From Thermoanaerobaculia bacterium (GTDB taxonomy: Bacteria; Acidobacteriota; Thermoanaerobaculia; Multivoradales; JAGPDF01), in contig CAWGFP010000009.1 of the NCBI GenBank assembly GCA_963821905.1, forward strand, positions 454,868-518,867: DNA of 64,000 bases, given 5' to 3'. This document shows positions 45,441 through 56,803 of the stretch, in pieces. Position numbers and translations under genes: made by a program. A model generated the notes under the pieces. It saw only the letters and a list, made by a program, of their open reading frames with translations. It searched no databases and was not told the DNA's origin. Position 1 is the stretch's first letter, and each line of letters starts with the position of its first letter.

Positions 45441-46364
45441 GCGATCCCGTTCTGTCTGCGCCGCCGATCTGGTTCCAGCCGCAGCCGCGGCCGACGCACA
45501 TTCCGAAAGCGCCGCCGCGCGAGGAGCGCCCGCGGGTGGCGGTCGAGATCGACGGCAAGGCGATCGAGGTCGGAGCAGGGCGCCACGCTCCTCGACGCTT
45601 GTCGCGCCGCCGGCAAGGACGTGCCGACTGTCTGCTTCCTCGAGACGCTCACCCCGGTCAACGTCTGCCGCGTCTGTGTGGTCGAGGTCGAAGGCGCACG
45701 CGTGCTTGCGCCGGCGTGCTCGCGCAAGGCCGAGGCGGGAATGAAGGTGCACACCGAGTCCGAGCGCGTGCGGCTTTCGCGCCGGCTGGTGCTCGAGCTG
45801 CTCGCGTCGTCGGTCGATCTTTCGACCTCGCCCGGTCTGGCCGAGATGATGGAGCACTACGGTGCGCGGCCGGAGCGCTTCGGCAGCGACCGCGCCACGG
45901 TCGAGCAACCGCCCAAGGTGGACAACGAGCTCTACACCCGTGACTACGGCAAGTGCGTGCTCTGCTACAAGTGCGTCGAAGCCTGCGGAGTCGATGCCCA
46001 GAACACCTTCGCGATCGCGGTCGCCGGCCGCGGCTTCGACGCCCACATCTCCACCGAGTGGGACGTGCCGCTGCCGACCTCGGCGTGTGTCTACTGCGGC
46101 AACTGCATCGCCGTGTGTCCTACCGGCGCGCTGTCACCGAAGAGCGAGTTCGACCTGCGCCAGATCGGCGACTGGCGCGAGGAAGAGCAGACCAGGACGG
46201 ACACGATCTGCGGCTACTGCGGCGTCGGCTGCACGCTGACCCTCCACGTGCAGGACAACCAGATCGTCAAAGTGATGTCTCCGTTCGAGAACTCGACCAC
46301 CCATGGCAATCTCTGCGTCAAGGGCCGCTTCGGGTTCGATTTCGTCCACGACCGGCGCGGCTAA
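45437..46364 (+). pseudogene. formate dehydrogenase alpha-subunit Fe-S N-terminal domain (NuoG-like 2Fe-2S plus 4Fe-4S ferredoxin domains) as a separate gene; one frameshift near 45585
   Basis: GTG at 45437 overlaps the fdsB stop (GTGA). The motifs are CFLETLTPVNVCRVCVVEV (2Fe-2S), CVLCYKCVEACG and CVYCGNCIAVCP (ferredoxin-like 4Fe-4S), and CGYCGVGCTL...GNLCVKGRFG (the MopB N-terminal 4Fe-4S motif). The protein ends where FdhF's catalytic domain would begin. Confidence 0.75.
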
Positions 46365-47814
46365 CCCCGCAGCTGGCCCCGCCTCCTCAGGCGGCAGCCG
46401 TCGACGCCGGCACCGCCACCGCCGTGGCTGCGCAACCGACCTGGACTCTGCGCCTTCACGGCGTACAGCTCCCGGTCGGCCCGGGCGAGCAGGGCGCTCG
46501 CTGTGGTGCCGTCCGCTGGCGATTCGGCGATGCCTATGCTGACGCTGAGCGGCGGCTCTTCGCCGTCGTCGTCGAGCCGCTCGCTGATGCGCCTCGACAC
46601 CTTGCGGGCCTCGGCCAGGTCGGTCTCCGGGCAGGACGAGTGCGAAATCGGTCCCCCCCGTAACGAGCCGGGCTGTCGATGGCGCGGCAGCTGCTTCGCA
46701 GCGTTCCGCCACCCGCCACAGAGCACGGTTCCCCACCTGGTGACCGAGCTCGTCGTTGATCCCCTTCAGCCCGTCGAGATCGAGGAAGAGAATCGAGAAC
46801 GGCCGTGACGTCCGGTCGGTAGCGGAGCAGCTCCTCGTCCGATGACCGCGATGAGCCGGCGGTAGTTGGCCAGGCCGGCGAGGGCATCGCTCGCCGCGAT
46901 ATGGCGCAACCCCGCCTCGGAGCTTCGGCGCTGTCCGACGACCGCCGCCAACATCAAACTGGTGACTGAAACCGTGGCCAGTAAGCCTGGAGCAGCAACA
47001 GCGCTTCCTGCGGCGACCCGGCGAACGTTCCCCGCCCGTTGAGCGTGCCCCCAATCCCGATGCCAGCCCCCACCGAACCCCGGTCGCGGCGCCGCGCCTT
47101 CCGAGCGGTAGCTGGGCCAGACGAGCGGCGGCAGGCAGATGAAGCTCAGCGGTCGATGCGCGGTGGGCGCGAGCAAGCCGCCGAAGGCGATTTCCGCCCC
47201 GAGCACGAGCGCGGCGAGAACCGCGGTCACTTCGACGGCGTCGGTCCAGCGCCCATGGAGGTCGTGCCGCTTGCTCCACGCCAGCAGGAAGGGCGCGACG
47301 ACGAGGTCGCCGCTGGCGTCGCCCAGCCACCAGGTGAGCCACACCGGCCCGAGGTCCGCGCTGTCAAGGAGGCCTGCCATCAACAGGCAGGCCACACCGA
47401 TGGTGGCGCTCAGCATGGTGCTGAGGCCGGCGGCCAGCAGGGCAAGATCGCAGCTCCGCGAGGCTGCTCGAGCGCGTCGCGGCCACCGCCGTAGTGGTTC
47501 ACCAGCCAGGCTCCGGTCAAGGCCTCGAGGGTGTTGCCCGTCGCATGCCGAGTAGGTGACAGCCGTACCCGCCGAGGTGAGGTTGGCGAGAAGCACCCCG
47601 GCGAAGCTCGCCGGCCACACCCGTTTACCGGCGGCGAGAAGACGGCGGCCAGCTCGAACAAAATCGGTCGGCGCCCACCCACGGCGGTGGCGCTCGGATT
47701 TACGACAGCGATGCGCAGCGCGAGCTTGGCCGGGACGAAGTACATGGCAGTCAGGGCGGCAAGCCCGGCGACCCGCCGGGCGAGCGGCGGCAGGTTCGCT
47801 CCCGTACCGCGCAT
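46361..47814 (-). pseudogene. membrane-bound GGDEF diguanylate cyclase (multi-TM N-terminal sensor domain), several frameshifts
   Basis: The N-terminal hydrophobic region lies in ORFs 47410..47814 and 46766..47839. GGDEF fragments FSILFLDLDGLKGINDELGHQVGNRALWRVAE (ORF 46134..47342) and LSVSIGIAESPADGTTASALLARADRELYAVK (ORF 46361..46726) lie in other frames. Confidence 0.6.
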
Positions 47815-47890
47815 CGCAGGCGGAGTCTACGGCAGCCACCGCGTGTCACCGAGATCCGCGCCGAGGCGTGCTTCTCGGCGCGGGCGCAGC

Positions 47891-49100
47891 TCAGCTCAGC
47901 CCGAGCCGCCGCAGGATCTCGCGGTAACGCGGTTGCTCTTGAAATCCGCGCCACGGCGGGTCCACCTTGAGGTCGCGCAGCATCGAATCCTTCTCGGCGT
48001 ACGCCGCCTCGAGCGCGGCGAGGGCCGCGGCCGTATCGTCGAGCCCGGCGTGCACGATGGCGTCGAAGTAGCGCGGTAAGTACTGGCCGCTCCGGCGTTC
48101 AGCAAGCTCGGCGAGAACCGCATTGGCGTCGTCGCGGCGTCCGGCTCGGCCGTGGGCGTAGCCGAGGTAGCCGAGAATTCGCGCACCCCGTCCGGCCAGC
48201 TCGAGAGCGCTTTCGAGCTCCCGGCGGGCCGCTTCGTGTTGGCCGAGCTCGACCAGCGTCTCGCCGAGGAACCAGCGGCCCACCAGGGAGCGCGGCTCGG
48301 CCTGCAGCACCGCGTGGAAGTAGGGGAGCGCCTCGGCGAAGCGGCCTGCGAAGCAGTGGATCCAACCCTCCAGTGCGACGATGCGCGGCGACCAGGGGGT
48401 CGACCGTGCGCGCCCGCGCCAGCTCCCGCAGCGCCTCCTCGAAGCGGCCTTGCACGCCGAGACAGGTGCCGTGGGACCTGCGCAGCGTCGCGGAGTGCGG
48501 ATCGGCCTCGAGGGCCAGCCGGTACTCGCGCTCGGCGCCCTGCCAGTCGAATTCGAACATCCAGTGGATGAAGGCCAGCGTGCGACGCGCGTCCGAGAGC
48601 GCCGGGTCGATCGCCAGCGCACGCTCGACGGCGGAGCGCGCCGCCGGCGCGAGCTCGGCCGGCGGACCCATACCGTAGTTGCCCAGCATCGCGCACGCCT
48701 CCGCCACGCCGGCGAAGGCCGGAGCGTAACCCGGATCGAGCTCCACGGCGGCGTGAAAGCTCTCGAGCGCCTGGCGCATCCCTGTTCGGTGCGAAGCGCC
48801 AGAGCCTGTCGGCCCTCGAGGTCACGCCGCAACGCCCTCGGGTCGACCGGTCTCCGGTCTTCCGGCGGCGAAGCGGATGCGGCCGCGGCCGGCGGCGGAG
48901 AGGCGTCCCCCGCGAAGCGGAATCCCCGGCCGTGCACGGTCTCGATCCACCGTTCCTTACGGCCCGTGTCCCCCAGCGCGCGCGACATGCACCGCTCGCC
49001 CGGCGCGACGCAGCTCGTAGGTCTCGGGGGAGAGCTCGAATTCCCCGAAAGTCAACGCCACGGGCGGATTCTAGCGGGCTGCCAGGGCTGCCCCCACCTC
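47891..49100 (-). pseudogene. transcriptional regulator with N-terminal CadC/OmpR-type winged-helix DNA-binding domain and C-terminal TPR repeats, frameshifted
   Basis: The N-terminal ETVHGRGFRFAG and upstream FELSPETYEL motifs indicate a trans_reg_C domain. TPR-like repeats lie in ORFs 48099..48779 and 47891..48988. The 5' end is approximate. Confidence 0.5.
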
Positions 49101-49183
49101 GATTTCACCTGTAATCCGCTTGGCCGGGGTCCAGACTCGCGGCGCGCTCCATTCCTAGTCTTGCCGGCGAAAGGAGATCCACC

Positions 49184-49498
49184 ATGCCAGCAGATCCGAT
49201 CCATCGCTACATCATCCAACGCACCTTCCCAGCCGGCGCGCTCGACGGTCTCGACGATGCCGGCAAGCGGCAGGTCAACGCCCGCAACAACGCCTCGAGC
49301 GTCCGTTGGGTGCGCTCCTACGCCAACGCGGACAAGACCCGGACCTACTGCATCTACGAGGGTCCGAGTGAAGCCGCGGTGCTGGAGGCGGCGGCGCGCA
49401 ACACCCTGCCCGTCGATTGGGTTCTCGAAGTCCCGGTCGATCTCTACCCCGGAGCCGTGCCGGAGTTTTCGGACCCGGCGCCCCGCAACCACGCCTGA
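49184..49498 (+). CDS. DUF4242-family small protein
   Basis: Intact 104 aa. The pattern RWVRSYANADKTRTYCIYEGPSEAAVLEAAARNTLPVDWVLEV matches the DUF4242 consensus. Confidence 0.55.
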   Translation: MPADPIHRYIIQRTFPAGALDGLDDAGKRQVNARNNASSVRWVRSYANADKTRTYCIYEGPSEAAVLEAAARNTLPVDWVLEVPVDLYPGAVPEFSDPAPRNHA

Positions 49499-49513
49499 CC
49501 AAGGAGAGCCACC

Positions 49514-49870
49514 ATGAATGCACGGTTCGTCGCCCCGATCGTCCTTTCGATCGCAGTCCTTTTCACCGGCGCCGCTGTGGCGGAATCGGCCGACACAGCC
49601 CTCGCCGAGAACACCCTGGTGGAGCAGGTCCGAGCCGCCACCAAGCGCTTCAAGGAGGTGACCGCGGCCGAGGACGCCGGCTACGCCCTCTTCCACGGCT
49701 GCGTCAGTGGGCCCGGCCATGGCGCGATGGGGATCCACTTCGTCAACGGCGGACTGGTCGGCGACGGCGAGATCGACGCCGCGCGGCCGGAAGCCATCAT
49801 GTACGAGTACCGTTCCGGCCGGCGCTCGTTGGTGCGCCGGCCGGGACGCGGCGTATGCTCGCCGGCACCC
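49514..49870 (+). CDS. secreted hypothetical protein; C-terminus undefined
   Basis: AAGGAGAG RBS, ATG at 49514 and a signal peptide (MNARFVAPIVLSIAVLFTGAAVA). The conserved-looking domain runs to about residue 100. The 824-aa track ORF does not stop here but runs antisense-like through the next two genes, so the end is unknown. Confidence 0.3.
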
Positions 49871-49871
49871 C

Positions 49872-50606
49872 ATGCTCTCCTTCGTGGTCCCGGCTTACGA
49901 CGAGGAAGACTGCCTGCCAGCAACGCTGGCCGGCCTTCATCACGCGGCGCGCGAGGCCGGCATCGATTACGAGATCGTGGTCGCCGACGATGCCTCGCGC
50001 GACGCCACCGCTGCGTTGGCGCGCGACGGTGGGGCGCGGGTGGTCACGGTGGCGCACCGGCAGATCGCCGCGACGCGGAACTCGGGGGCGAAGGCGGCCA
50101 CCGGCGATCAGTTGTTCTTCGTCGACGCCGATACGCTTCTGCCGGTGGCCGTGCTGCGCGCGGCGTTGTCCGCGCTAGCCGCTGGCGCCGCGGGCGGCGG
50201 CGCCGCGGTGGCCTTCGACGACCCGCTGCCGCGCACGTTCAAGTTGTTCCTGCCGGCGTTCACGTTCTTGTACCGCAGCGCGGGATTCGCCGCCGGCTGC
50301 GCGATCTTTTGCACCCGACGGGCGTTCGAGGCCGCGGGCGGTTTCGACGAGACGCTGTACGGCGGGGAGGAAATCCTGCTCAGCCGCGCCCTGCGGCGGC
50401 AGGGAAAGTTCGTGCTGCTGAGAGAACGAGTCGTCACTTCCGGGCGCAAGATGCGCGCCTACCGGCCGGGCGAGATGCTGGGGATCATGCTCCGCCTCGC
50501 CGCCGGCGGCCTCGGCTCGGTGCGCGACCGGCGCGGCCTCGACATCTGGTACGGCGAGCGCCGGCCGGACCCCGCGAAAGTCAGCCAGCGCGGCCGGTCA
50601 GCCTAG
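49872..50606 (+). CDS. family 2 glycosyltransferase
   Basis: Begins MLSFVVPAYDEEDCL, then VVADDASRD and FFVDADTLL (DxD). About 245 aa, intact. Confidence 0.7.
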   Translation: MLSFVVPAYDEEDCLPATLAGLHHAAREAGIDYEIVVADDASRDATAALARDGGARVVTVAHRQIAATRNSGAKAATGDQLFFVDADTLLPVAVLRAALSALAAGAAGGGAAVAFDDPLPRTFKLFLPAFTFLYRSAGFAAGCAIFCTRRAFEAAGGFDETLYGGEEILLSRALRRQGKFVLLRERVVTSGRKMRAYRPGEMLGIMLRLAAGGLGSVRDRRGLDIWYGERRPDPAKVSQRGRSA

Positions 50607-50765
50607 AAAGGCGGAGCGACCGGGCGATTTCGTTTGCCTTGGCGGCGGTTTTTTTGCCAGACTCCGCCGAGCTTCCCGCACGCCGTCCCGAGAGGGGGTC
50701 CTGTGTTTCTAGGCATCTTCCGCACCAAATCGCTCAACGCGATTCTCCGTCGGCCGAAGGAGGCC

Positions 50766-52290
50766 ATGGCTTCGGCCCTCAAACGCTCGCTGGGCGCGGT
50801 CCAGCTCACGCTGCTGGGCATCGGCGCGATCATCGGCGCCGGCATCTTCTCCACCGTCGGCACCGCCGCCGCCGGCGGCGCCGACCACCCCGGCGCCGGG
50901 CCGGCGCTCATCCTCTCGTTCGTCATCACCGCCGTCACCTGCGGCTTCGCGGCGCTCTGCTACGCCGAGTTCGCCTCGATGGTGCCGGTCTCGGGCTCGG
51001 CCTACACCTACTCCTACGCCACCCTCGGCGAGCTGGTCGGCTGGATCATCGGCTGGGACCTGATCATCGAGTACGCGGTCGGCAACGTCGCGGTGGCGAT
51101 CTCCTGGTCCGGCTACTTCCAGGAGCTGCTGCGCGGCATCGGGATCGACGTGGCCGGTCTGGCTGGGGACCGACTACCGGACCGCCGTCCAGGCCGCCGG
51201 CCAGGTGGCCGAGGCGCGCGCCGCGCGGCACCGATCCTGCGACGCCTCGGCGTCGCCGTCACAGCGCGCCGCCCAGGCCCTGGCCGACGCGCCGCGGCTT
51301 CCTCGGCTTCCCGCTCGTCTTCAACCTGCCGGCCTTCCTGATCGTCATGCTGGTCACCTGCGTGCTGGTCATCGGCATCCGGGAGAGCGCCTGGTTCAAC
51401 TCCTCGATGGTGGTCCTGAAGCTCGCCATCATCGGCTTCTTCGTCGTCATCGGCGCCTTCTACGTCAAGCCCGAGAACTGGACGCCCTTCGCGCCCAACG
51501 GCTTCACCGGCATCGCCGCGGCGGCGGCGATCATCTTCTTCGCCTACATCGGCTTCGACGCCGTCTCGACGGCGGCGGAGGAGACGCAAGAACCCGAAGC
51601 GCGACATGCCGATCGCGATCATCGCCAGCCTGGTCGTCTGCACGGTGATCTACATCGCCGTCGCCGCTCGTGCTCACCGGCATGCTGCCCTGGACCCAGC
51701 TCGGCACCGCCGAGCCGCTGGCCACCGCCTTCTCCGGCCTGCGGCATGGGCTGGCCGGCGCTGGTCATCTCGCTCGGCGCGGTGTTCGCCACCACCTCGG
51801 TGCTGCTCGTCTTCCAGCTCGGCCAGCCGCGCATCTTCTTCTCGATGGCGCGCGACGGCCTGCTGCCGCCGTGGGCGGCCAAGGTCCACCCGCAAGTACC
51901 GGACGCCCCACGTCACCACCTGGATCACCGGCATCGTGGTCGCGGTGCTTCGCCGGCGTCGCCAACATCAACGAGGTCGTCGAGCTGACCAACATCGGCA
52001 CGCTGTTCGCGTTCGTGCTGGTCTGCATCGGCGTCACCGTCCTGCGCTACAAGGACCCGGACCGGCCGCGGCCGTTCCGCGTGCCGGGCGGCGCCTGGCT
52101 GGTGCCGATGCTCGGCGCCGCCTCCTGCATCTTCCTGATGGTCTACCTGCCGCCGGCCTCGTGGTGGCGGTTCATCGGCTGGCTGGTGCTGGGCATGGCG
52201 GTCTACTTCGCCTACGGCTACAGCCACAGCGTGGTCGGCCGGCGAGGCGGGCCGGCCGGCACGAGTCGACGGCGCCGCAGAAGCTGGCGG
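50766..52290 (+). pseudogene. APC-superfamily amino acid permease (CAT-like), third paralog, several frameshifts
   Basis: N-terminus MASALKRSLGAVQLTLLGIGAIIGAGIFSTVGTAAAG..CYAEFASMVPVSGSAYTYSYATLGELVGWIIGWDLIIEYAVGN resembles the gene at 35898..37500. The C-terminal YFAYGYSHSV is seen. Fragments lie in at least five frames. Confidence 0.7.
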
Positions 52291-52499
52291 CGCTCGGCTT
52301 CCTGCTCGCCGGCGATCGGGCCTGTTCGTCATCCCGCACGACGCCGGGCTCGGCGCAGCTGCTCCGCGAGGCGCGCGACGCGGCGCGGCCGGGCACACGG
52401 CGCGCCGCTGATCGGCCTGATCGCTGATCGTGGGCGGCATGCTCGCGGCCGCGGTGGGCGCGCTCGGCAGCTCGTCGCCGGCGAGCCTGAGGCGGACGA

Positions 52500-54211
52500 G
52501 CGCGCGGAGACCGGGCCATGACGCCTCGCCCTCCTCGCCCTCGGCTTCATCGGTCCTGCTGGCCGCCGCCTACCGCCTCTACGGCGGCTGGGTGGCGCGG
52601 CAGTTCGGCCTCGACGACCGCCGGGCGACGCCGGCGCACCGGATCGAGCGACGGCGTCGACTTCGTGCCCACGCGGCCGTTCTATCTCTTCGCCCAGCAC
52701 TTCTCGGCGATCGCCGCGGCCGGCCCCATCGCCGGGCCGATCCTCGCCTGCCAGGCCTTCGGCTGGCTGCCGTGCCTGCTCTGGATCGGCCTCGGCGTGG
52801 TGCTGATCGGCGCGGTGCACGACTTCTCCAGCCTGACCGCCTCGGTGCGCCACGGCGCGCACCTCGATCGCCGAGATCGCCCGCGAGCACCTCGGCCGGC
52901 GCGGGCCGGGCTCGCGATGATGGCCTTCATCTGGATCGCGCTGATCTACGTCATCGTCGCCTTCGCCGACATCACGGCCGCGCAGCTTCGTGGTGGGCAC
53001 CGAGGAGCTGCGGCCGGCGCGCTCGGCTTCCATCCGGGCGGCGCGGTGGCGGCGGCGAGCGTCCTGTATCTGCGCTCTTGGCCTGTGCTCATGGGCTCGT
53101 GCAGCGCTTCCTGCAAGCCGCCGCTGTGGCTGGTGACGGTGATCTTCGTGCCGGCGACCTTCGCGCTGCCTGGGCTGGGCACCAAGCTCTCGCATGCGCT
53201 GGTCTTCGACCGACGCGGACCTGGGCCGTGCTCGATCCTGGTCTACTGCGTGCGTCGCCTCGGTGGTGCCGGTCTGGGCGCTGCTCCAGCCGCGCGGCTA
53301 CCTCGGCGGCTTCGTGCTCTACGCGGCGCTGGCGCTCGGCGTGATCGGCGTCTTCTTCGGCGGCTACGAGGTCCGGCAGCCGGCCTTCAAGCGGCTGGGA
53401 CGCGGGCGGCATGACCGGCGCGCTCTTCCCGTTCCTCTTCGTGACCATCGCCTGCGGCGCCTGCTCGGGCTTCCACGGCCTGGTCTGCTCGGGCACCACC
53501 TCGAAGCAGGTCGACCGCGAGTCGCACATGCGCCCGTCGGCTACGGCGCCATGCTGGCCGAGGGCTTCGTGGCGCTGATCGCGCTGGTACGGTCATGATC
53601 GTCCGCCGGACGACGAGCTCAAGGGCCTGGCGCCGGGCACGATCTACGGCAACGGCATCGGCAGCTTCCTGACGCTCTCGATCGGCGAGGAGAACCTGCC
53701 GTTCGCGATCACCTTCGGCGCCATGGCGTTCTCGACCTTCGTCTTCGACACCCTCGACGTCTGACGCGCCTGGGCCGCTACATCCTCCAGGAGCTGTTCG
53801 GCTGGCGAACCCGCGGCGGCGCACTGGCTCGGCACGCTGGTGACCGTGGCGCTGCCGGTCTACTTCGTGGGCTTCGCGGCCGAGCGGCATGTGGCAGAAG
53901 TTCTGGACTCTGTTCGGCGCCTCGAACCAGCTGCTGGCGGCGCTGACCCTGCTCGCGATCACCGTCTGGCTCCACAGGCCCGCCAGCGGATTGCCTTCAC
54001 CCTGCTGCCGATGACCTTCGTGCTGGTGATCACCCTCTGGGCGCTGGGCTCGTTGGCCATTTCGAGCCTGCGGGCCGCGCGCGGCGTCGACTTCGCACTG
54101 CTGAATGCCCTTTCTGCTACGGCGCTGATCGTGCTCGCGCTTTTCCTGGTCCTCAAGGCCGCCCTGGCGCTGCGCCGGCCCGCGCCCCGCGGTGAAGTGA
54201 CGGCAACCTAG
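52500..54211 (+). pseudogene. cstA: carbon starvation protein A (peptide/pyruvate transporter), several frameshifts; start approximate
   Basis: The region contains LYGGWVARQFGLDDRRATPAHRI..DGVDFVPTRPFYLFAQHFSAIAAAGPIAGPILACQAFGWLPCLLWIGLGVVLIGAVHDFSSLTASVRH (a CstA N-terminal hallmark), GLAMMAFIWIALIYVIVAFADI and a C-terminal MTFVLVITLWAL. Confidence 0.7.
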
Positions 54212-54315
54212 TTCACCACCACCCGCACCGCCGGTGAGTCGCCGGGCCCGCCTCGTCCCGGTTCGATTGCCGATGCCAAGAAGGGGCGCTAGGGTGCCGG
54301 CCGAGGAGGCCGAAC

Positions 54316-55446
54316 ATGCGGCGATGGATCGCGATGGCGTCGGTGGTGGGCCTGGTGGGATCGAGTAGTGCGTGGGCGGCGGCGAAGGCGATCTCGTTTT
54401 CGGACGGTGGGTGGGAGCTCAAAGACGGGGCGCGAGTGGCCAGCGTCGGCGGGCGCGAGGTACTCGAGCTCGAAGGCGGAACGGCCTACCGGCGGGACGT
54501 GCAATTCCAGGACGGCACCATCGATTTCGACGTCGAGCTGACCCGCCGGCGCTCTTTCGTTTACCTGATGTTCCGCATGGCGGACGACCACGAGTACGAG
54601 GAGTTCTACCTGCGGCCTCACAAGTCGAACTTCCCCGACGCGGTGCAGTACGCGCCGGTCTGGCAAGGCCAGAGCGCGTGGCAGCTCCACCGAGGGCCGG
54701 GTGGCACGGCCATGCTTGCGCTCGAGCCCGGTTGGACGCATGTGCGGGTGGTGGCGAAGGGCCAACGGGCGGCGCTCTTCGTCGGCGACATGGCGAAGCC
54801 CGCGCTATTCGTGGCGCGAATGTCGCGCGAGGTGAGGCCGGGATTCCTCGCCTTGCGGGGGTTCTTGCCAACTGGTACGCCGGGATCCGGTCCGGTGGCG
54901 CGGTATGCCGACCTCGTGGTGAGGCCGGGCGAGTTCGCCTTCGATCTCGCGGCGCTCGACGCGCCCGTGGCGCCGACGGCCGCCGGGACGATCGCCGAGT
55001 GGGCGGTGTCCCCTTCCTTCGCGCCGACGGCCGATGATCGACTGCCCGCCAACGTCGCGACAGCGGAGTTCCGCAGGATCGTGGCCGAGCCGGACGGCCT
55101 CGTGCAGCTCGACCGTCACGTGCCGCGGGCGAGCGCCGACGGACCCTCCGCGCTGCTCGCTCGCCTGATCCTCGAAGCGCGGGCGGCCACCACTTGCGCC
55201 ATCGACCTTGGGTGGAGCGATAGCGCGGTCGTCTTCCTCGATCGCCGTCCGATCTACCGCGGTATCGACAGCTACCTCTTCGCGATCGGCCGCGACGGCA
55301 TCATCTCCTTCGACCAGGGCCGTCTGTACCTGCCGCTCCAGGCGGGCACCAACGAGCTGATGGTGATGGTGAGCGACGTCTTCGGCGGCGCCGGTCTCAT
55401 GGGCCGGCTCGTCGATTGCGCCGGCGTCGAGGTGTCGGCGCGCTGA
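54316..55446 (+). CDS. secreted hypothetical protein (two beta-rich domains, possibly DUF1080/LamG-like)
   Basis: Intact 376 aa with a signal peptide (MRRWIAMASVVGLVGSSSAWAAA). There are no catalytic motifs I recognise. Confidence 0.45.
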   Translation: MRRWIAMASVVGLVGSSSAWAAAKAISFSDGGWELKDGARVASVGGREVLELEGGTAYRRDVQFQDGTIDFDVELTRRRSFVYLMFRMADDHEYEEFYLRPHKSNFPDAVQYAPVWQGQSAWQLHRGPGGTAMLALEPGWTHVRVVAKGQRAALFVGDMAKPALFVARMSREVRPGFLALRGFLPTGTPGSGPVARYADLVVRPGEFAFDLAALDAPVAPTAAGTIAEWAVSPSFAPTADDRLPANVATAEFRRIVAEPDGLVQLDRHVPRASADGPSALLARLILEARAATTCAIDLGWSDSAVVFLDRRPIYRGIDSYLFAIGRDGIISFDQGRLYLPLQAGTNELMVMVSDVFGGAGLMGRLVDCAGVEVSAR

Positions 55447-55448
55447 GC

Positions 55449-56768
55449 CTAGGCTTCGGCCGGCGCGGGCAGCGGTACCGGGTCATGCCGCTCCCCGCGC
55501 GAAACCACGACCGCGGCGGCGAGGTCGCCGGTGACGTTGAGCGTCGTGCGGCACATGTCGAGGAAGCGGTCGACGCCGAGGATGAGGCCGATGCCTTCGG
55601 CCGGCACGCCCACCATGCCGAGGATCAGCGCCACCACGGGAATCGAGCCCGCCGGCACGCCGGCGGTGCCGATGCCGCCCAGCACGCAGATGAACACCAC
55701 CGTCGCCTGCTGCGCCAGCGTCAAGTGGACGCCGTAGAACTGCGCCAGGAAGAGCACGGTGACGCCCTCGAAGAGCGCGGTGCCGTTCTGGTTGGCGGTC
55801 GAGCCGATGGTGAGCACGAAGCGCGCGACGTGGGGCGGCAGCTTGAGGTTCTCGTCCGCCACCTTGAGCGCCGTGGGCAGCGTGGCGTTGGACGAGGCGG
55901 TCGAGAAGGCGGTGACCATCGCTTCGCGAATGCCGCGGAAGAAGACCAGCGGGCTCATGCCACCCAGCAGACGCACGGTCAACGAATAGACCACGAACTG
56001 GTGGATGCCGAGCGCCAGCAGCACCACGCCGACGTAGCGCGCCAGCTGCCAGAGAATCTCGTAACCCAGCTGCGCGGTGAGGGTGAAGAGGAGACAGGCG
56101 ACGCCGATCGGCGCCATCGAGATCACCACGCCGATGAGCCGCATGGTGACGTCGTAAAGGCCCTCGAGCGTTTCCTCGAACTTCCTCGCCGCCGGCGTGC
56201 GGGTGAGCGACAGACCAATGCCGAGCATGAGAGAGAAGAACATCACCGCCAGCAAGTCGCCGTCGGCCATCGCTTTCAGCGGATTCGAAGGCACGATGTT
56301 GACCAGCAGATCGAGCCCGGTCTTCGGCGCTTGAGCGGTGGTCGCCACGGCGGAGGCGCGCTCCTGGGCCCCGCTGGTGAGCCGGGTGCGCAATTCGTCC
56401 GACATCCCTTCGCCCGGCCGCAGCAGGTTGACCAGTCCGACGCCCAGCAGCACGGCGATCCCCGACACTCCGACGGTGTAGGCCAGGGTCTTGAATCCGA
56501 TTCGTCCCAGGCTGCGTAAGTCCCCCAGCCCGGAGACCCCCAGCGCCAGCGCCGAGAGGATCAGCGGGATGACCAGCATGAATAGCAGGCGGAGAAACAC
56601 CTGGCCGACCGGCTGGGTGACGTAGCGAATGAACGTCTGCAGCGCGATGCTGTCGCCCATGACCGCGAACGAGACGGCGCCGGCGGTGGCGCCCAGGACG
56701 ACACCGAGGAGCATCCGCGTATGGAGCGGTATCCGCATGGCGCGCCAGTATGCCACGCCGAAAATCAC
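55449..56768 (-). CDS. dicarboxylate/amino acid:cation symporter (DAACS; GltP/DctA/SstT-like)
   Basis: Intact 439 aa with 8-10 TM helices. The DAACS hallmark SSSNATLP is present as FSTASSNATLPTAL, as is the GVPAGSIPVVALILGMVGVP hairpin. The start may be the internal MRIPLH. Confidence 0.8.
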   Translation of the reverse strand: MIFGVAYWRAMRIPLHTRMLLGVVLGATAGAVSFAVMGDSIALQTFIRYVTQPVGQVFLRLLFMLVIPLILSALALGVSGLGDLRSLGRIGFKTLAYTVGVSGIAVLLGVGLVNLLRPGEGMSDELRTRLTSGAQERASAVATTAQAPKTGLDLLVNIVPSNPLKAMADGDLLAVMFFSLMLGIGLSLTRTPAARKFEETLEGLYDVTMRLIGVVISMAPIGVACLLFTLTAQLGYEILWQLARYVGVVLLALGIHQFVVYSLTVRLLGGMSPLVFFRGIREAMVTAFSTASSNATLPTALKVADENLKLPPHVARFVLTIGSTANQNGTALFEGVTVLFLAQFYGVHLTLAQQATVVFICVLGGIGTAGVPAGSIPVVALILGMVGVPAEGIGLILGVDRFLDMCRTTLNVTGDLAAAVVVSRGERHDPVPLPAPAEA

Positions 56769-56803
56769 GTTTGGGCTTCTGTGGGAAACTTGGCGCTCGC
56801 GGC

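Noticed and set aside
49514-51988. 824-aa ORF as one gene
   Set aside because: Only the first ~110 aa (signal peptide plus small domain) look protein-like in that frame. The rest runs out of frame across the GT2 and APC permease genes, a typical GC-rich open frame.
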